Origin: a virus | Length of the DNA stretch: 64,000 bases | Direction: 5' to 3' (one strand) | IMG/VR virus record: IMGVR_UViG_3300025684_000010 | Part shown: one piece after another, positions 46,674-55,512 of the stretch | How positions within the stretch are numbered: position 1 is the stretch's first letter | Layout of the letters: the number at the start of each line of letters is the position of its first letter | Position numbers and translations under genes: made by a program | Notes under the pieces: generated by a model | What the model saw: only the letters and a program-made list of their open reading frames with translations | Database searches by the model: none | Told to the model about the DNA's origin: nothing

Positions 46674-47255
46674 ATGGATCACAGAGCAGAAAAGCTAATC
46701 CTTGTAGATTGCGATGGAGTACTCCTTGATTGGAAGTATGCATTCTATAAGTACATGAATGAAAACGGATATACCGTTATTGAAGAAGGTCATTACGACG
46801 TAGCACAAACCTTTGGTATTACAAAGGAACAATCAAGACAACTTGTAAGACAGTTTAACGAGTCTGCAAGAATCGGATTTTTACCAGGCCTCAGGGATGC
46901 AATTAAATATGTCAAGAAACTCCATAGTGAAGGTTATGTTTTTCATTGTATTACTAGTCTCAGTACTGATTACTATGCCGGTAAACTAAGAGAACAGAAT
47001 CTCGAAAGATTGTTTGGTAAAGATGTATTTGAGAGAGTGGTATGTTTGGATTGTGGAGCCGATAAGGACGACGGTCTATTACCTTATAAAGATAGTGGAT
47101 GTATTTGGGTTGAAGACAAACCTTCTAATGCTGAATGCGGACTCGATATGGGACTTAGATCTATTCTGATTGAACATGACTTTAACAAAGATTACGAAAA
47201 TAATAATTTGGTAAAAGTTAAGAATTGGAAAGAAATCTACGAATCTATCGTATAA
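46674..47255 (+). CDS. HAD-family nucleotidase/phosphatase
   Basis: ILVDCDGVLLDW, CITS, WVEDKPSN. Confidence 0.8.
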   Translation: MDHRAEKLILVDCDGVLLDWKYAFYKYMNENGYTVIEEGHYDVAQTFGITKEQSRQLVRQFNESARIGFLPGLRDAIKYVKKLHSEGYVFHCITSLSTDYYAGKLREQNLERLFGKDVFERVVCLDCGADKDDGLLPYKDSGCIWVEDKPSNAECGLDMGLRSILIEHDFNKDYENNNLVKVKNWKEIYESIV

Positions 47256-47258
47256 ATA
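47251..47258 (+). promoter_or_regulatory. T4-type late promoter
   Basis: TATAAATA. Confidence 0.6.
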
Positions 47259-47286
47259 CTATTATGGAATATAAGATTGGAAACTA

Positions 47287-47532
47287 ATGCCTACATATAC
47301 CTTTGAAGATACAAAAACTGGTGAGCAATTCGAGAAATTCATGTCGATGTCTGCGATAGACCAGTTCAAAAAAGACAACCCCCATTTAAAATCTATCATT
47401 CTTAGCGGACAGCCCGTGATTGAGTCTGCGCGTCTTGGACGGATGAAACCGGATCAAGGCTTTCGTGATATACTTACATCAATGAAAGAAAACAAATCAT
47501 ACACTGGAAACAAAATCAACGATTGGAAGTAA
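47287..47532 (+). CDS. FmdB-like small protein (no Cys ligands)
   Basis: MPTYTFEDTKTGE..FMSMS, GFRDIL. Confidence 0.6.
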   Translation: MPTYTFEDTKTGEQFEKFMSMSAIDQFKKDNPHLKSIILSGQPVIESARLGRMKPDQGFRDILTSMKENKSYTGNKINDWK

Positions 47533-47574
47533 TTTCAATTGCTTCTTACATCTGTTGATGCAAAGGAGAGTTTT

Positions 47575-48333
47575 ATGTCAAGAGCACGTCGTATAACAGC
47601 AAAGGATAAAAAAATGTCGCGGAGGGAAAAGGAAGGTTCAAGAATGGATACTAAATTCAGTATGAATCAGATTAGTCCTTTAACCGATAACCAAGCTCAT
47701 TTTTTCGATAGTTATAACGCAGGTTATAATATAGCTGCAATTGGTACAGCAGGAACGGGAAAAACAATGTGTGGTCTTTATCTAGGCTTATGTGATATAC
47801 TAAGCAACGATAATTATCATCAAGTTATTATTGTACGTTCTGCAGTCCAAACAAGAGAGCAAGGTTTTATGCCTGGGACTCTGCAGCAGAAAGAAGCAGT
47901 TTATTCTTTACCTTATGCTGATATAGTTAATGATTTATTTGGCCGAGGAGACGCATGGAGTATCTTATCTCAAAAGTCTTCAGTCAAATTTATGACGTCA
48001 TCGTTCGTTAGAGGTTTAACATTCGATAATTCTATTATTATTGTAGACGAATGCCAAAGTATGACTTATCACGAACTCGATAGTATTATTACTCGAGTCG
48101 GAGATTCGTCACGAATCATATTCTGTGGTGATACTGCCCAGGATGATCTTGCTGGAACTAGACACAAACATGACAACTCAGGACTTCAGGATTTTCTCAA
48201 AGTCCTATCTCGTATGGACCATTCCTTTAGGGTAGTTCAATTTGGAATTGAAGATATCGTAAGAAGTGGTTTAGTTAAAGAATACATTATAGCAAAGGAG
48301 AGAACCGAACTCAAGCCTCGTATGGTGGCTTAA
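47575..48333 (+). CDS. phoH: PhoH-family ATPase
   Basis: GTAGTGKT, VRSAV, GFMPG, RGLTF, DECQ, GDTAQDD, DIVRSGLVK. Confidence 0.95.
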   Translation: MSRARRITAKDKKMSRREKEGSRMDTKFSMNQISPLTDNQAHFFDSYNAGYNIAAIGTAGTGKTMCGLYLGLCDILSNDNYHQVIIVRSAVQTREQGFMPGTLQQKEAVYSLPYADIVNDLFGRGDAWSILSQKSSVKFMTSSFVRGLTFDNSIIIVDECQSMTYHELDSIITRVGDSSRIIFCGDTAQDDLAGTRHKHDNSGLQDFLKVLSRMDHSFRVVQFGIEDIVRSGLVKEYIIAKERTELKPRMVA

Positions 48334-48340
48334 ATCGAGG

Positions 48341-48363
48341 GGGTGGTCGCAAGGCCACCCTTT
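48341..48363 (+). terminator. Terminator hairpin
   Basis: GGGTGGTC-GCAA-GGCCACCC then TTT. Confidence 0.75.
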
Positions 48364-48387
48364 CAACTTAACTTATTGGATTATATT

Positions 48388-49083
48388 ATGAAATTATTTG
48401 AACACAACTCAGAGGCTCCCGTCCTCGAAAAATTAACAAGAGCTTCAGTGGATGGTAAACGTATTTACCAAACTCCATCAGGCAAAGGTTATCCATCAGT
48501 CACTACTGTATTAGGTATTCTTGGAAAAGAAGATATACAGAAATGGCGTGATCGCGTTGGCCATGCAGAAGCAAACAAAATATCTACTCAAGCCGCTCGA
48601 CGTGGTACCGCAGTTCATAAACTTTGTGAAGACTATTTGGATAACGATCCAGATTACGGCAAGAAGCATATGCCTGCTAATCTTCATATGTTTAATACAA
48701 TGAAACCCATTCTTGATGAACGAATAAATAATATTTGGTACCAGGAGTGTTTCTTATATTCCAATGAATTAGAAACAGCAGGTCAAGTTGACTGTATTGC
48801 TGAATGGGATGGAGAACTTGCGGTCGTTGATTTTAAAACATCAAAGAGACCAAAGAAAGAAGAATGGATTCTAAACTATTATATGCAAGTATCCTTCTAC
48901 GCAAAAGCATTTGAAGAAATGACTGGTCATAAAGTAAAGAAAGGAGTGATATTCATTGGAGTTGATGGCAGTGAACCTCAAGTGTTTGAGTTTGAGCCTG
49001 CTGATTACAATGATCATTTTAAAGCTGTAAGGTCAACATATAAAGAGCTCTATGAAAAAGATACGGTACATAATAACGGATGA
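48388..49083 (+). CDS. PD-(D/E)XK exonuclease
   Basis: YPSVTTVL, RGTAVH, AGQVDCIAE, VVDFKTS, QVSFYA. Confidence 0.88.
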   Translation: MKLFEHNSEAPVLEKLTRASVDGKRIYQTPSGKGYPSVTTVLGILGKEDIQKWRDRVGHAEANKISTQAARRGTAVHKLCEDYLDNDPDYGKKHMPANLHMFNTMKPILDERINNIWYQECFLYSNELETAGQVDCIAEWDGELAVVDFKTSKRPKKEEWILNYYMQVSFYAKAFEEMTGHKVKKGVIFIGVDGSEPQVFEFEPADYNDHFKAVRSTYKELYEKDTVHNNG

Positions 49084-49399
49084 AAACATGGGTGTATTCT
49101 TAGGAACCTATAATGGATATGACCTAGGAATGGAAGATGATGGTAGAGTATATGCATGTTTTGCGGCCAACAACCCATTTGGTTTAACTACGGCTTGTTC
49201 GTTTAAAACTGAAAGGACTGCTCAGAATTATATAACAGATCTATTCCCACCCAAGAAACAAAGACAGTTGTCTACACTGACAGTTGAAACAGAAACAGAA
49301 TTTCCGACCGTCGTTGATTTAATAAAGTCAGGACACGGCGACCAAACATTTGATATGATAGATGGGTTAGTTGCGGAAGGAAGTCAACTAATACATTAA
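49052..49399 (+). CDS. Hypothetical protein
   Basis: Overlapping ORF in operon. Confidence 0.55.
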   Translation: MKKIRYIITDENMGVFLGTYNGYDLGMEDDGRVYACFAANNPFGLTTACSFKTERTAQNYITDLFPPKKQRQLSTLTVETETEFPTVVDLIKSGHGDQTFDMIDGLVAEGSQLIH

Positions 49400-49405
49400 T
49401 AGGAT

Positions 49406-50128
49406 ATGATTATGAATTACAATACGCTAAACAAAAATATGGACATGGGTTTTCTCGACATGGATCATGTAGCAAACATGAGAAAAGAATTCTTTATTAA
49501 TAAGGATTATGAATGGTGGGGCCAAGTAAAAGAAGGTGATGTCGTAGTTGATGTTGGTACTTGTGTTGGTATGTTTAGTTGTCATGCTCTCGATTCTGGT
49601 GCAAGTAAAGTCTATATGATTGAACCAAATCAGCATCTATTAAAAACGGCAATAAACAATACTCTTCCTTATGTTATTAATGAAGTTGAATCTAAAGTAG
49701 TTCCATGCCATGCTGCTATTATGAATACTGACGATCATATTACTCATATCTATGATGGTGACAGTTCTGGAGATTTTAAACGTTTTCGCTTTAAAGAATT
49801 CATTGAACATTATGGTATCGAAAAAATCGACTTTCTCAAAATTGATTGTGAAGGTGGAGAGTACGATATCTTAACAGAAGAAAACTTTGATTGGATCTAC
49901 AATAACGTTGGTCATATTGCAGTTGAAGTACATCGTCGTCATGCGGATTCAGGTAATCGTGATATGATTAAGTTCCGTAATGAATTCCTTAAAAAGTATG
50001 AAGATGAAGGTCGTTTGAAATATCAAAACGAAGATCATCGTAAAGGAATGTGGAACGACGAACTTATTCTTGCTAGTGATTGGTGGAACTTACCATCAGA
50101 ATTCATGGCATATTTTATCAAAAAGTAG
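49406..50128 (+). CDS. FkbM-family SAM-dependent methyltransferase
   Basis: VVDVGTCVGMFS, IEPN, IDFLKIDCEGGEYDIL. Confidence 0.88.
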   Translation: MIMNYNTLNKNMDMGFLDMDHVANMRKEFFINKDYEWWGQVKEGDVVVDVGTCVGMFSCHALDSGASKVYMIEPNQHLLKTAINNTLPYVINEVESKVVPCHAAIMNTDDHITHIYDGDSSGDFKRFRFKEFIEHYGIEKIDFLKIDCEGGEYDILTEENFDWIYNNVGHIAVEVHRRHADSGNRDMIKFRNEFLKKYEDEGRLKYQNEDHRKGMWNDELILASDWWNLPSEFMAYFIKK

Positions 50129-50157
50129 TTGACAAGTCTTTCATAATGGTATATAAT
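50129..50157 (+). promoter_or_regulatory. sigma70 promoter
   Basis: TTGACA-17-TATAAT. Confidence 0.8.
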
Positions 50158-50163
50158 TAACTC

Positions 50164-50691
50164 ATGACAGATAAACAATTAATACAAGACGCGTTAATGT
50201 TAGCTATTAAAGCTCACGACGGTCAAAGACGAAAGTATACCGGAGAACCTTACTCTGCCCATCCTATTGGAGTTTCAAAGATAATTGAAACAATTCCCGA
50301 CCATACACCAGAGATGGTTGCAGCTGCGTTATTACATGACGTCGTTGAAGATACACCGGTAACGCTTTCAGAAATAAAAGAAGCATTTGGTACGACTGTT
50401 GCTGAGTACGTTCATTTCTGTTCTAACGTTTCTGAACAATCTGACGGCAATCGTGCGTTTCGTAAAAAGATGGATGCTGATCATTTTGCGATGGGACCTG
50501 CAGAAGCTCAGACAATAAAGGTTGCTGATTTAATACATAACAGTGAAACCATCATACCTCACGATCCTAAGTTCTTTCACAAAGCTTACAAGTACGAAAA
50601 ACAGTACCTATTGGATGTTTTAATTAAAGCAAACCCAATACTCAGAAGTCATGCTCAATCGATGCTTGACAAAACGTGGGATCCGTCTTAA
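50164..50691 (+). CDS. Stand-alone RelA/SpoT-type HD hydrolase (Mesh1/SAH-like)
   Basis: AHDGQRRKYTGEPYSAHP, AALLHDVVEDT, IKVADLIHN. Confidence 0.88.
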   Translation: MTDKQLIQDALMLAIKAHDGQRRKYTGEPYSAHPIGVSKIIETIPDHTPEMVAAALLHDVVEDTPVTLSEIKEAFGTTVAEYVHFCSNVSEQSDGNRAFRKKMDADHFAMGPAEAQTIKVADLIHNSETIIPHDPKFFHKAYKYEKQYLLDVLIKANPILRSHAQSMLDKTWDPS

Positions 50692-50706
50692 TCGGCGGAT
50701 TTCATT
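50681..50706 (+). terminator. Probable terminator
   Basis: ATCCGTC-TTAATC-GGCGGAT then TTCATT. Confidence 0.55.
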
Positions 50707-50764
50707 TCTATATTCCTTCCAGTTCTATCCATATTCCTATTTGATCTAAAAAAAGTTAGTTTAT

Positions 50765-50806
50765 TTTCATAAAACCATTGACATTCTTTATGAAACCGTT
50801 TATAAT
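50765..50806 (+). promoter_or_regulatory. sigma70 early promoter with inverted repeat around -35
   Basis: TTTCATAAA-N13(containing TTGACA)-TTTATGAAA; TATAAT 50801-50806. Confidence 0.85.
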
Positions 50807-50836
50807 AACTGTATAAATTAAACAAATGGATCAAAT

Positions 50837-51202
50837 ATGAAAAATACCTATATCGTTAAACAAGTTGCCATTCCTAAGGAAGAACGAGAACTGCCTAACC
50901 AAAAAGGATGGGATGGAGCAATTGCAGAGTCTGATCATTGGAGAGTCAAGATGGACTACATGCACGGTTTAAGAAAGGTAGGTTTCAAATCAGAAGATCT
51001 CAAATACTTTACCGATACTTACAAGGTTGAAGCTGACTGTTTGGAAAGTGTATTTAGAATCACTAACTTATGGGAAGAAGACGAATCTGTTGAGAGATTC
51101 AGAATGGGTCATTCTACTTCTGTTGGAGATCTTATCGAAGATACCTCTACAGGAAAAATTCATATGGTTGATAGCTTCGGCTTTCAGGAGGTAGTAGCAT
51201 AA
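50837..51202 (+). CDS. Hypothetical early protein
   Basis: LESVFRITN, STSVGDLI motifs. Confidence 0.65.
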   Translation: MKNTYIVKQVAIPKEERELPNQKGWDGAIAESDHWRVKMDYMHGLRKVGFKSEDLKYFTDTYKVEADCLESVFRITNLWEEDESVERFRMGHSTSVGDLIEDTSTGKIHMVDSFGFQEVVA

Positions 51203-51456
51203 TGGCATTTTATAACCACACGGTAGCACCAATAGGTTGTTTTACTGAAAAGGAAGTAGGTAACTACTTTGAATACAGTGTTAATGACACTGGCATGTTT
51301 CCTGAGTATCCACATAAGGTGTGGGTTGGCAACACACTCTGCGGAGATCAAGGTTTTCGTTTTGCTAAAGTAAAGAAGACCGTTGCGTATATCCTCACTG
51401 ATGAAGACACGCTTGAAAGATGGTTTTTAAAATCAAATATGGAGTATGCAGTATGA
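51202..51456 (+). CDS. Hypothetical early protein
   Basis: FTEKEVGNYFEY, HKVWVG, RFAKVKKTVAY. Confidence 0.65.
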   Translation: MAFYNHTVAPIGCFTEKEVGNYFEYSVNDTGMFPEYPHKVWVGNTLCGDQGFRFAKVKKTVAYILTDEDTLERWFLKSNMEYAV

Positions 51457-51740
51457 TTACTTGGGAAGATTACAAAGCGCCTTACTCATTCCCTAAAACG
51501 TGGGAAGACACATCATGGGGTAACGATGAGTTGCCTTCATTTGAGTTCAACGGATATCGCATCTGGGTCAATTCTCCAGATGAAGACGAAAGGTTAGAAA
51601 CTGGTACAGAAGATTGGATCTTTGCTGTCACATATTGCTCGGAAATGGGAGCTGATGAAGACCTACTGACCACCATGGACTTCGACGAAGTGGTAGTTTT
51701 TGTTAATAGTATGCATTCTACTCAATTAAAACGAAAATAA
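51453..51740 (+). CDS. Hypothetical early protein
   Basis: ATGA coupling; WEDTSWGNDELPSF. Confidence 0.6.
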   Translation: MITWEDYKAPYSFPKTWEDTSWGNDELPSFEFNGYRIWVNSPDEDERLETGTEDWIFAVTYCSEMGADEDLLTTMDFDEVVVFVNSMHSTQLKRK

Positions 51741-51750
51741 ATGAAATTTT

Positions 51751-51794
51751 TATCATAAAACTATTGACATTCTTTATGATATGGTTTATAATAT
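51751..51794 (+). promoter_or_regulatory. sigma70 early promoter with inverted repeat around -35; includes 36-bp repeat copy 51759-51794
   Basis: TATCATAAA-N13-TTTATGATA; TATAAT 51787-51792. Confidence 0.85.
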
Positions 51795-51827
51795 ATCTAT
51801 ATTAAACAATAAGGAAAGGAATTGATT

Positions 51828-52163
51828 ATGGCTACTAAATTTAACAAAGAAGATTTTACTTGGGATGGAATGTATCTAATGTATCGTGGAGATTTTAACG
51901 GATCTCGTAAGATGCTTGATGTCCACCCTGATGCTCATCCTTCATGGAAAGGTATGAACAAGCCTGCATTCGTTGCTAGGTTCAAGTACGGTTACAAGCC
52001 TTGGAAAGCTTGGGTTAATTTCTTAGTCAAAAATGCTACTGTTGAAAAATACATGGAACTTTCAAGTCATGACAATAAGTACTTTAACGAAAGGTACGGT
52101 TATGAAACTTGTGGTTCACCAGTTGCAGCAATGGAACAGTTAGGTTATAAGGGGAAGGTGTAA
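51828..52163 (+). CDS. Hypothetical early protein
   Basis: SD AAGGA; FTWDGMYLMY, FVARFKYG. Confidence 0.65.
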   Translation: MATKFNKEDFTWDGMYLMYRGDFNGSRKMLDVHPDAHPSWKGMNKPAFVARFKYGYKPWKAWVNFLVKNATVEKYMELSSHDNKYFNERYGYETCGSPVAAMEQLGYKGKV

Positions 52164-52486
52164 TGTCTAACACTTATTGGAATGGAAACGGAACTTATCA
52201 AGGTTTCATCGACAAGCTTTCAGAAGAGATCCCATTAGAAGGAGCTTGTGAAGACAAAGCAATAGATCGTTTACGTAGAGCAATCAATGCTTACTATGAC
52301 ATCTATAATAATGGTGGATGTAATTCTGTAAGTCGCAAGGTTTCTTACTTCTTTCCTGGAGTTATGAAACATCTGCAATATGGTAGAAGCTATCGAGATG
52401 ATTGGGAGTCAGTTGAGAAAATCACTGAGCCAAAGATGGATGCTATCATACTCAAAGTAGCTAAAGCTAAAGGTCTTATAGTATAG
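52163..52486 (+). CDS. Hypothetical early protein
   Basis: NTYWNGNGTYQ, AYYDIYNNGGCN. Confidence 0.65.
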   Translation: MSNTYWNGNGTYQGFIDKLSEEIPLEGACEDKAIDRLRRAINAYYDIYNNGGCNSVSRKVSYFFPGVMKHLQYGRSYRDDWESVEKITEPKMDAIILKVAKAKGLIV

Positions 52487-52510
52487 AACTTTATGAAAAT
52501 AAATGAAAAT

Positions 52511-52546
52511 AACTATTGACATTCTTTATGATATGGTTTATAATAT
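52511..52546 (+). repeat. 36-bp promoter-containing direct repeat (copy of 51759-51794)
   Basis: AACTATTGACATTCTTTATGATATGGTTTATAATAT identical in both places. Confidence 0.9.
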
Positions 52547-52580
52547 CTATATTAAATAATTAAATATCAGGAAATATATT

Positions 52581-52907
52581 ATGAAATTTGACTTAAACGG
52601 AAAACAACGTACTGACGCTTACCAAGGTACCTTTGATACTTTTTGTGCTGAAGATATGCTGAGTGTTGAGACTATCAAGACTTACGTGAAAAGCATGAAC
52701 AAAGAACTTAAATATGCTGGTGCTGTCGATAGACGTGGATCACCATTGAGATACAGAGTTTGTGTTAAAGCAAGAAAGCCAATCCACAAAGTTCTTAATA
52801 AGAGAACAGGAAATATGATTGGTCATACTTTCCATGGAGATGTTATCGGTGGAATGGGTAATGCTGCCGCTGTTGATGTTTATATCCAAAGAAGGTGTAT
52901 GCTGTAA
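52581..52907 (+). CDS. Hypothetical early protein
   Basis: SD CAGGA; RTDAY, RVCVKAR, VDVYI. Confidence 0.65.
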   Translation: MKFDLNGKQRTDAYQGTFDTFCAEDMLSVETIKTYVKSMNKELKYAGAVDRRGSPLRYRVCVKARKPIHKVLNKRTGNMIGHTFHGDVIGGMGNAAAVDVYIQRRCML

Positions 52908-52955
52908 TGTTGAAAGAATTTAAAATTAATTATGTAAAAACAGGAGATATAAATT

Positions 52956-53909
52956 ATGCATGAATTAGAAATAGTAAATGGTGAAGCGGCAATGGCTTAT
53001 CGTCAATCGTCAGGAGTACCATGGCATGGTCTTGGAGTTCCGGTTGAAGACAACATGACACCAATCGAAATGATGAAGGCTGCGAATCTGGATTGGAAAG
53101 TATCCAAGCAACCATCCTTTGTAGAAATTAATGGAGAAAAGGTACTTACAGGTCAAGAAGCATTGGTTAGAGAAACTGATGGTAAGATTTTGACTAACGT
53201 ATCTGGTAATTGGAAACCATGTCAAAACGAAGATGCATTTAACTTCTTCAACGATTTTGTTGGTGCAGGTGATATGCAGATGGATACAGCTGGTAGTCTT
53301 AAGGACGGTCAAATCGTTTTTGCTGCTGCTGATGTTAAAGACGGTTTTACCCTCGCAGGTGGAGATGAAGTAAAAGGTTACCTTCTATTTTCTAATCCTC
53401 ATGTATATGGTAAGTCCATCGATGTTAAATTCATTATGACAAGAGTTGTTTGTAATAATACATTGTCTATGGCTTTAACTGAACGTGGTCAACCTGCAGT
53501 TAGGTTATCACACAGAAACCACTTTAATCCAGAAATGGTTAAAGAGTTGTTAGGTATCTCTCACAATCGTGTAGAGCAATTCAAAGAAGCCGCAGAATTC
53601 CTTTCATCGAAAAGATACTCTGATAAAGCTTTCAAGTTATTCCTATCGCAAGTATTCGGTACTTCAAATCAAGAAGGCAAGATCCTCTCAAGGACTGCTG
53701 AACGTGCATTGGAAATCGTTGATACACAACCTGGAGCTGATATGGCAAGAGGAACGTGGTGGAATGCTTACAACGCAGTAACATATATGACTGACCATGA
53801 AATGGGAAGGTCCGCTGATACAAGAGCTACAGCTGCTTGGTTCGGACATAACGCAAAAAGAAAGCTTGATGCTCTCGATACGGCAGTTAAAATGGCGGAG
53901 GTGGCGTAA
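52956..53909 (+). CDS. DUF932 (phage/plasmid-like) protein
   Basis: PWHGLG, ANLDWKV, TAGSL..GQIVF, LLFSNPH, RVVCNNT, GTWWNAYNAVT..DH. Confidence 0.88.
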   Translation: MHELEIVNGEAAMAYRQSSGVPWHGLGVPVEDNMTPIEMMKAANLDWKVSKQPSFVEINGEKVLTGQEALVRETDGKILTNVSGNWKPCQNEDAFNFFNDFVGAGDMQMDTAGSLKDGQIVFAAADVKDGFTLAGGDEVKGYLLFSNPHVYGKSIDVKFIMTRVVCNNTLSMALTERGQPAVRLSHRNHFNPEMVKELLGISHNRVEQFKEAAEFLSSKRYSDKAFKLFLSQVFGTSNQEGKILSRTAERALEIVDTQPGADMARGTWWNAYNAVTYMTDHEMGRSADTRATAAWFGHNAKRKLDALDTAVKMAEVA

Positions 53910-53920
53910 GCCCCTCCTTT
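53897..53920 (+). terminator. Probable terminator
   Basis: GGAGG-TGGC-GTAA-GCC-CCTCC then TTT. Confidence 0.55.
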
Positions 53921-53931
53921 AAGGAAGAAGT

Positions 53932-54066
53932 ATGAAAATTAAAATTGAAATAGAACTTGATACGGAAAGAGATGCACAAGAAATCAGTGACTTGATGGAA
54001 ATTGCTAATCGTATTAGGAATAACGTTGACGAGGCGGATGACTACGAGGTGGGTGAGTATGAGTAA
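53932..54066 (+). CDS. 44-aa acidic protein (not in ORF track)
   Basis: SD AAGGA; MKIKIEIELDTERDAQEISDLMEIANRIRNNVDEADDYEVGEYE. Confidence 0.6.
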   Translation: MKIKIEIELDTERDAQEISDLMEIANRIRNNVDEADDYEVGEYE

Positions 54067-55072
54067 AGTTCTTATAACTGGTGGTTGCGGATTTGTAGGT
54101 ACAAATCTTCTTCCACTATTGAAAGCCGAAGGTCATGATGTAGTGATCGTCGATAATCTTTCGCAATCTGTATATGTATCAGAGTTCCATGATCGAGCCA
54201 AGTTCTACGAAGAAGACATACGTAATGCTAAAGAGTTACAAGATATCTTCAATATAGAAAAGCCTGATGTTGTATTCCATTTTGGTGGTTTAGTGTCTAT
54301 CTATGATTGCCACAATCATCCTGTAGAGGCTGCAACTAATAACATTGTTGGTTCTATTAACGTATTTGAAGCTGCCTTACAAGCAGGCTGTGAGAGAGTT
54401 ATCTTTTCTGAAACTTCTGCGGTATATGAAAACGTTGATTTACCTGAAGATGGTTATAAAGAAGATACTTCAGATCCTACAACATTCTATGCTGCTTCTA
54501 AAGCATCCGTTGCTTTGATTGCTGATAGCTTCGCAAGAACAAGAGGCTTGAAGTATACTGCATTGAGATACTTTAATATCGCAGGACCAATTCAAGACTA
54601 TAAGAGAACAGTGCCTCCATTATTTGCTGGTTTTGCTCTAAGGCTATTGGGTGGTAATAATCCAATCGTATTTGGAGACGGTACTCGAAGGCGTGATTTT
54701 ATTCATGTTGACGACGTAAACAGGTTTCACTTACAATGCTTAACAGACGATAGAACAGTCAATGAAACTTTCAATCTTGGTATGGCAAGTAGTCATTCAC
54801 TACATGAAATTGGTACGATCATCTTCGAATACTTAAGAGACGAGGTTACCTTGGATTACCTTGAGTATGACCAAATGGACGAAATCAATGGAGAAGCCCA
54901 TACGATATTTGCTAATATTGAAAAAGCTAAAGCCATCGGTTGGGTTCCTGAGAAGACGATACAGGATGCCATATTTGATACGATAGATTACCTGAAGAAG
55001 GAAATTGAGTCAGGCAACGTTAACCCTAGTGACTTTATGAAGGACCTAGACACATCAAAGGTAAAAATATAA
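54059..55072 (+). CDS. NAD-dependent nucleotide-sugar epimerase/dehydratase (GalE-like SDR)
   Basis: LITGGCGFVG, YAASK, LRYFNIAG, GDGTRRRDFIHVDD, FNLG. Confidence 0.92.
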   Translation: MSKVLITGGCGFVGTNLLPLLKAEGHDVVIVDNLSQSVYVSEFHDRAKFYEEDIRNAKELQDIFNIEKPDVVFHFGGLVSIYDCHNHPVEAATNNIVGSINVFEAALQAGCERVIFSETSAVYENVDLPEDGYKEDTSDPTTFYAASKASVALIADSFARTRGLKYTALRYFNIAGPIQDYKRTVPPLFAGFALRLLGGNNPIVFGDGTRRRDFIHVDDVNRFHLQCLTDDRTVNETFNLGMASSHSLHEIGTIIFEYLRDEVTLDYLEYDQMDEINGEAHTIFANIEKAKAIGWVPEKTIQDAIFDTIDYLKKEIESGNVNPSDFMKDLDTSKVKI

Positions 55073-55395
55073 TGAATAACAGATATGCAGAATCGGACGG
55101 AAGAAAGCGCGGTGGTAAAGGTGATAGGAACTTCGATAAAGAAGCTACTGAACTATTAAAAGGGTTATCAGAAAGACAACTCTATCAGCTATTTGAGATC
55201 GCTCACACTGAGTCAAAACGACCATGCTCTGACGAAAGAATGATGGAATTAGAGGCTGTTAAGAAAGCCATTAAGAAATCTCCTTTAGTTGAACTGTATA
55301 GGTTCAGTCGTATCATCGACGGTTATCAATCAGAGATGGCAAGAACTGGTAATCCAAAGGATGGTCAATATAAACCAATTAAGAAAAAGGCATAA
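55072..55395 (+). CDS. Hypothetical protein
   Basis: Coupled ORF. Confidence 0.55.
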   Translation: MNNRYAESDGRKRGGKGDRNFDKEATELLKGLSERQLYQLFEIAHTESKRPCSDERMMELEAVKKAIKKSPLVELYRFSRIIDGYQSEMARTGNPKDGQYKPIKKKA

Positions 55396-55439
55396 TCGTT
55401 ATAACCATATAACGAAAAGTTCTAAATAAAATGATTTAT

Positions 55440-55481
55440 TTTCATAAAACTATTGACATTCTTTATGAAACCATATATAAT
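55440..55481 (+). promoter_or_regulatory. sigma70 early promoter with inverted repeat around -35
   Basis: TTTCATAAA-N13-TTTATGAAA; TATAAT 55476-55481. Confidence 0.85.
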
Positions 55482-55512
55482 GGTTGTATAAATTGAAAAA
55501 AGGAACAAAGAT

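Noticed and set aside
48388-49083. Exonuclease as a Cas4/CRISPR component
   Set aside because: No CRISPR array or other cas genes in the window; a typical T4-like PD-(D/E)XK exonuclease next to phoH
55397-55414. Palindrome CGTTATA-ACCA-TATAACG after a stop codon
   Set aside because: Single AT-rich copy, probably a weak terminator; no independent support for a separate function
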